A DNA stretch of 56,531 nt from assembly GCA_964436935.1 (NCBI GenBank), contig CAYTES010000003.1, forward strand, positions 1 through 56,531, written 5' to 3'. The stretch is from an uncultured Candidatus Peribacteria bacterium (GTDB taxonomy: Bacteria > Patescibacteriota > Gracilibacteria > UBA1369 > UBA12473). Below are positions 55,151 through 56,531 of this stretch, piece by piece (position 1 is the first letter of the stretch; each line of letters begins with the position of its first letter). The notes beneath the pieces are model-generated. The model was not told the origin of the DNA, made no database searches, and was given only the letters and a program-made list of their open reading frames with translations. Both the position numbers and the translations under genes were made by a program.

Positions 55151-56442
55151 AGACTCTCACTCAAATTTGGCATGCCAAAGATTTAAGAAAAAAGATTCTT
55201 TTCACACTTGGAATTGTGGTCGTGTTTCGTTTGATGACGCACATAACACTTCCCGGGGTTAATTTGGATGCCTTAAAAGTGGTCTTTGAGCAAAATAAAC
55301 TGCTCGGCGCTTTCAGTTTATTAACCGGAGGAAGTGCTGAAAATTTCTCCATCGTATTGATGGGACTATCTCCTTACATCAATGCTTCGATCATCGTTCA
55401 ATTGATGACCGTGGTATCCACCAAACTTGAATCCATTTCAAAAGAAGGAGAAGAAGGAAGACGCAAAATCAACCGCTACACCCGTTGGCTGGCCTTACCG
55501 TTGGCGTTTTTGCAGTCGTACGGAATGATCAGTCTCATGAACGCTTCGGCTCCCATTCCCATTGTTGAAAATCTAAACGACTTGAGTGTGCTGTTGCCCT
55601 TAATGATCACTATTTCAACCGGAACAATTGTATTGATGTGGTTGGGAGAATTGATCACTGAAAAAGGAATTGGAAACGGCATCTCAATTTTGATTTTTGC
55701 CGGAATTATGGCGGGGATTCCTTCCCTTTTAGCGTCTACATTAGCCTTAACGGAACAAGATAACGCAAAATTAATTCCCCTGGTGGCCACCGTACTAATG
55801 ACCATTTTATTCGTGGTCGTTATTATTCTGATCACTGAAGGACAACGCCGTATTCCCATCACCTATGCCGGTCAAGGCAAAGGGCTAAAAGGAGGAGATT
55901 CCAATTTGCCCATTCGTATCAACCAGGCGGGAATGATACCGATCATATTTGCCGTTTCGGTGGTAACTTTCCCCTCGGTCATTGGACAATTTTTGATCAA
56001 TGCCAAATCGGAATGGGTCCAATCCGTGGGCAACTTTTTCATCACCTATTTCCAAAGCCAAAGTCTATTATACATGGTGCTGTATTTCCTTTTGATCATT
56101 GGATTCACCTTCTTCTATGTGAGCATCACATTCAATACGGATAATGTGGCTGAAAATATACAAAAACGAGGGGGCTTCATTCCCGGTATTCGTCCCGGAA
56201 AAGAAACGTCCGAATACTTAAAAAACGTCTCCAATCGCTTGAACCTATGGGGCGGGCTATTCATCGCTTTGGTCGCGGTGTCCCCCATCATCATCCAACA
56301 AGTCTTTCAAGATTTTGGAACCGGAGGGATTCCGGTAATCATCAGTGGAGCCGGATTGATCATCGTCGTAGGGGTCGTACTGGATCTTGTGCGACAGGTG
56401 AACGCCCAAATGGTTTCCCATCATTACGATCGTTTCTATTAA
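55144..56442 (+). CDS. secY: preprotein translocase subunit SecY
   Basis: 10-TM profile with ITEKGIGNGISILIFAGI. Its start overlaps the rplO stop. Confidence 0.96.
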   Translation: MLKTLTQIWHAKDLRKKILFTLGIVVVFRLMTHITLPGVNLDALKVVFEQNKLLGAFSLLTGGSAENFSIVLMGLSPYINASIIVQLMTVVSTKLESISKEGEEGRRKINRYTRWLALPLAFLQSYGMISLMNASAPIPIVENLNDLSVLLPLMITISTGTIVLMWLGELITEKGIGNGISILIFAGIMAGIPSLLASTLALTEQDNAKLIPLVATVLMTILFVVVIILITEGQRRIPITYAGQGKGLKGGDSNLPIRINQAGMIPIIFAVSVVTFPSVIGQFLINAKSEWVQSVGNFFITYFQSQSLLYMVLYFLLIIGFTFFYVSITFNTDNVAENIQKRGGFIPGIRPGKETSEYLKNVSNRLNLWGGLFIALVAVSPIIIQQVFQDFGTGGIPVIISGAGLIIVVGVVLDLVRQVNAQMVSHHYDRFY

Positions 56443-56461
56443 GAAGGTTTTTTAAACCTAT

Positions 56462-56531
56462 ATGCCCGATTTATCACAAAATTTATCTTCTTTACCGAGC
56501 GAAGCAGATGCGAAGCGAGGAAACAAAGGAG
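56462..56531 (+). CDS. 5' fragment of an unidentified ORF running off the window
   Basis: ATG at 56462 (MPDLSQNLSSLPSEADAKRGNKG...). It is too short to assign and does not look like the Adk or Map N-termini that usually follow secY. Confidence 0.25.
   Translation, partial: MPDLSQNLSSLPSEADAKRGNKG

Noticed and set aside
1-56531. Possible alternative genetic code (UGA recoding, as in some CPR lineages).
   Set aside because: Conserved genes end at expected lengths with TGA, TAA or TAG (for example serS at TGA 26937-26939). No conserved protein is truncated at an in-frame TGA.

Overview
This 56.5-kb window comes from a compact bacterial genome of roughly 40% GC by eye. It uses the standard genetic code: TGA terminates serS at the expected length. 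Gene content, short proteins and the missing rpmD (L30) suggest a CPR/Patescibacteria-like lineage, but that is inference only.

Gene layout:
- Left third: tRNA-Glu, two tandem membrane-anchored SAM methyltransferases, comEC, envelope genes (LCP, D-Ala-D-Ala carboxypeptidase, mraY), an ECF sigma / FecR-type anti-sigma pair, an fba-gap-fbp operon, ftsL-like plus rsmH, tsaC, a second gap, and two large divergent orphan genes. One orphan carries a divergent Cys/Met-type PLP domain.
- Middle: CIRCE-hrcA-grpE-CIRCE-like-dnaK, a YefM/YoeB-like toxin-antitoxin pair, serS, a TIM-barrel isomerase, and rpoB-ssb-rpoC.
- Right: rpsL-rpsG | island | fusA-tuf | island | rpsJ | island | rplC...rplO-secY.

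Most notable observations:
1. Two paralogous ~125-nt rod-like elements lie inside the spc operon, and one occupies the slot of the absent rpmD.
2. Two ~165-nt elements are closed by perfect 18-19 bp stems with unrelated arm sequences but share a 12-mer core. One abuts the mraY start and the other begins at the predicted fusA transcription start.
3. Start codons lack Shine-Dalgarno sequences and are instead often preceded by a TAACC box. SD-like AGGAGG strings occur only inside structured leaders.
4. Three accessory islands break the str/S10 cluster. One is flanked by a duplicated tuf 3' end, and another comes with a duplicated promoter/leader.

I saw no CRISPR array, transposase, integrase or rRNA.
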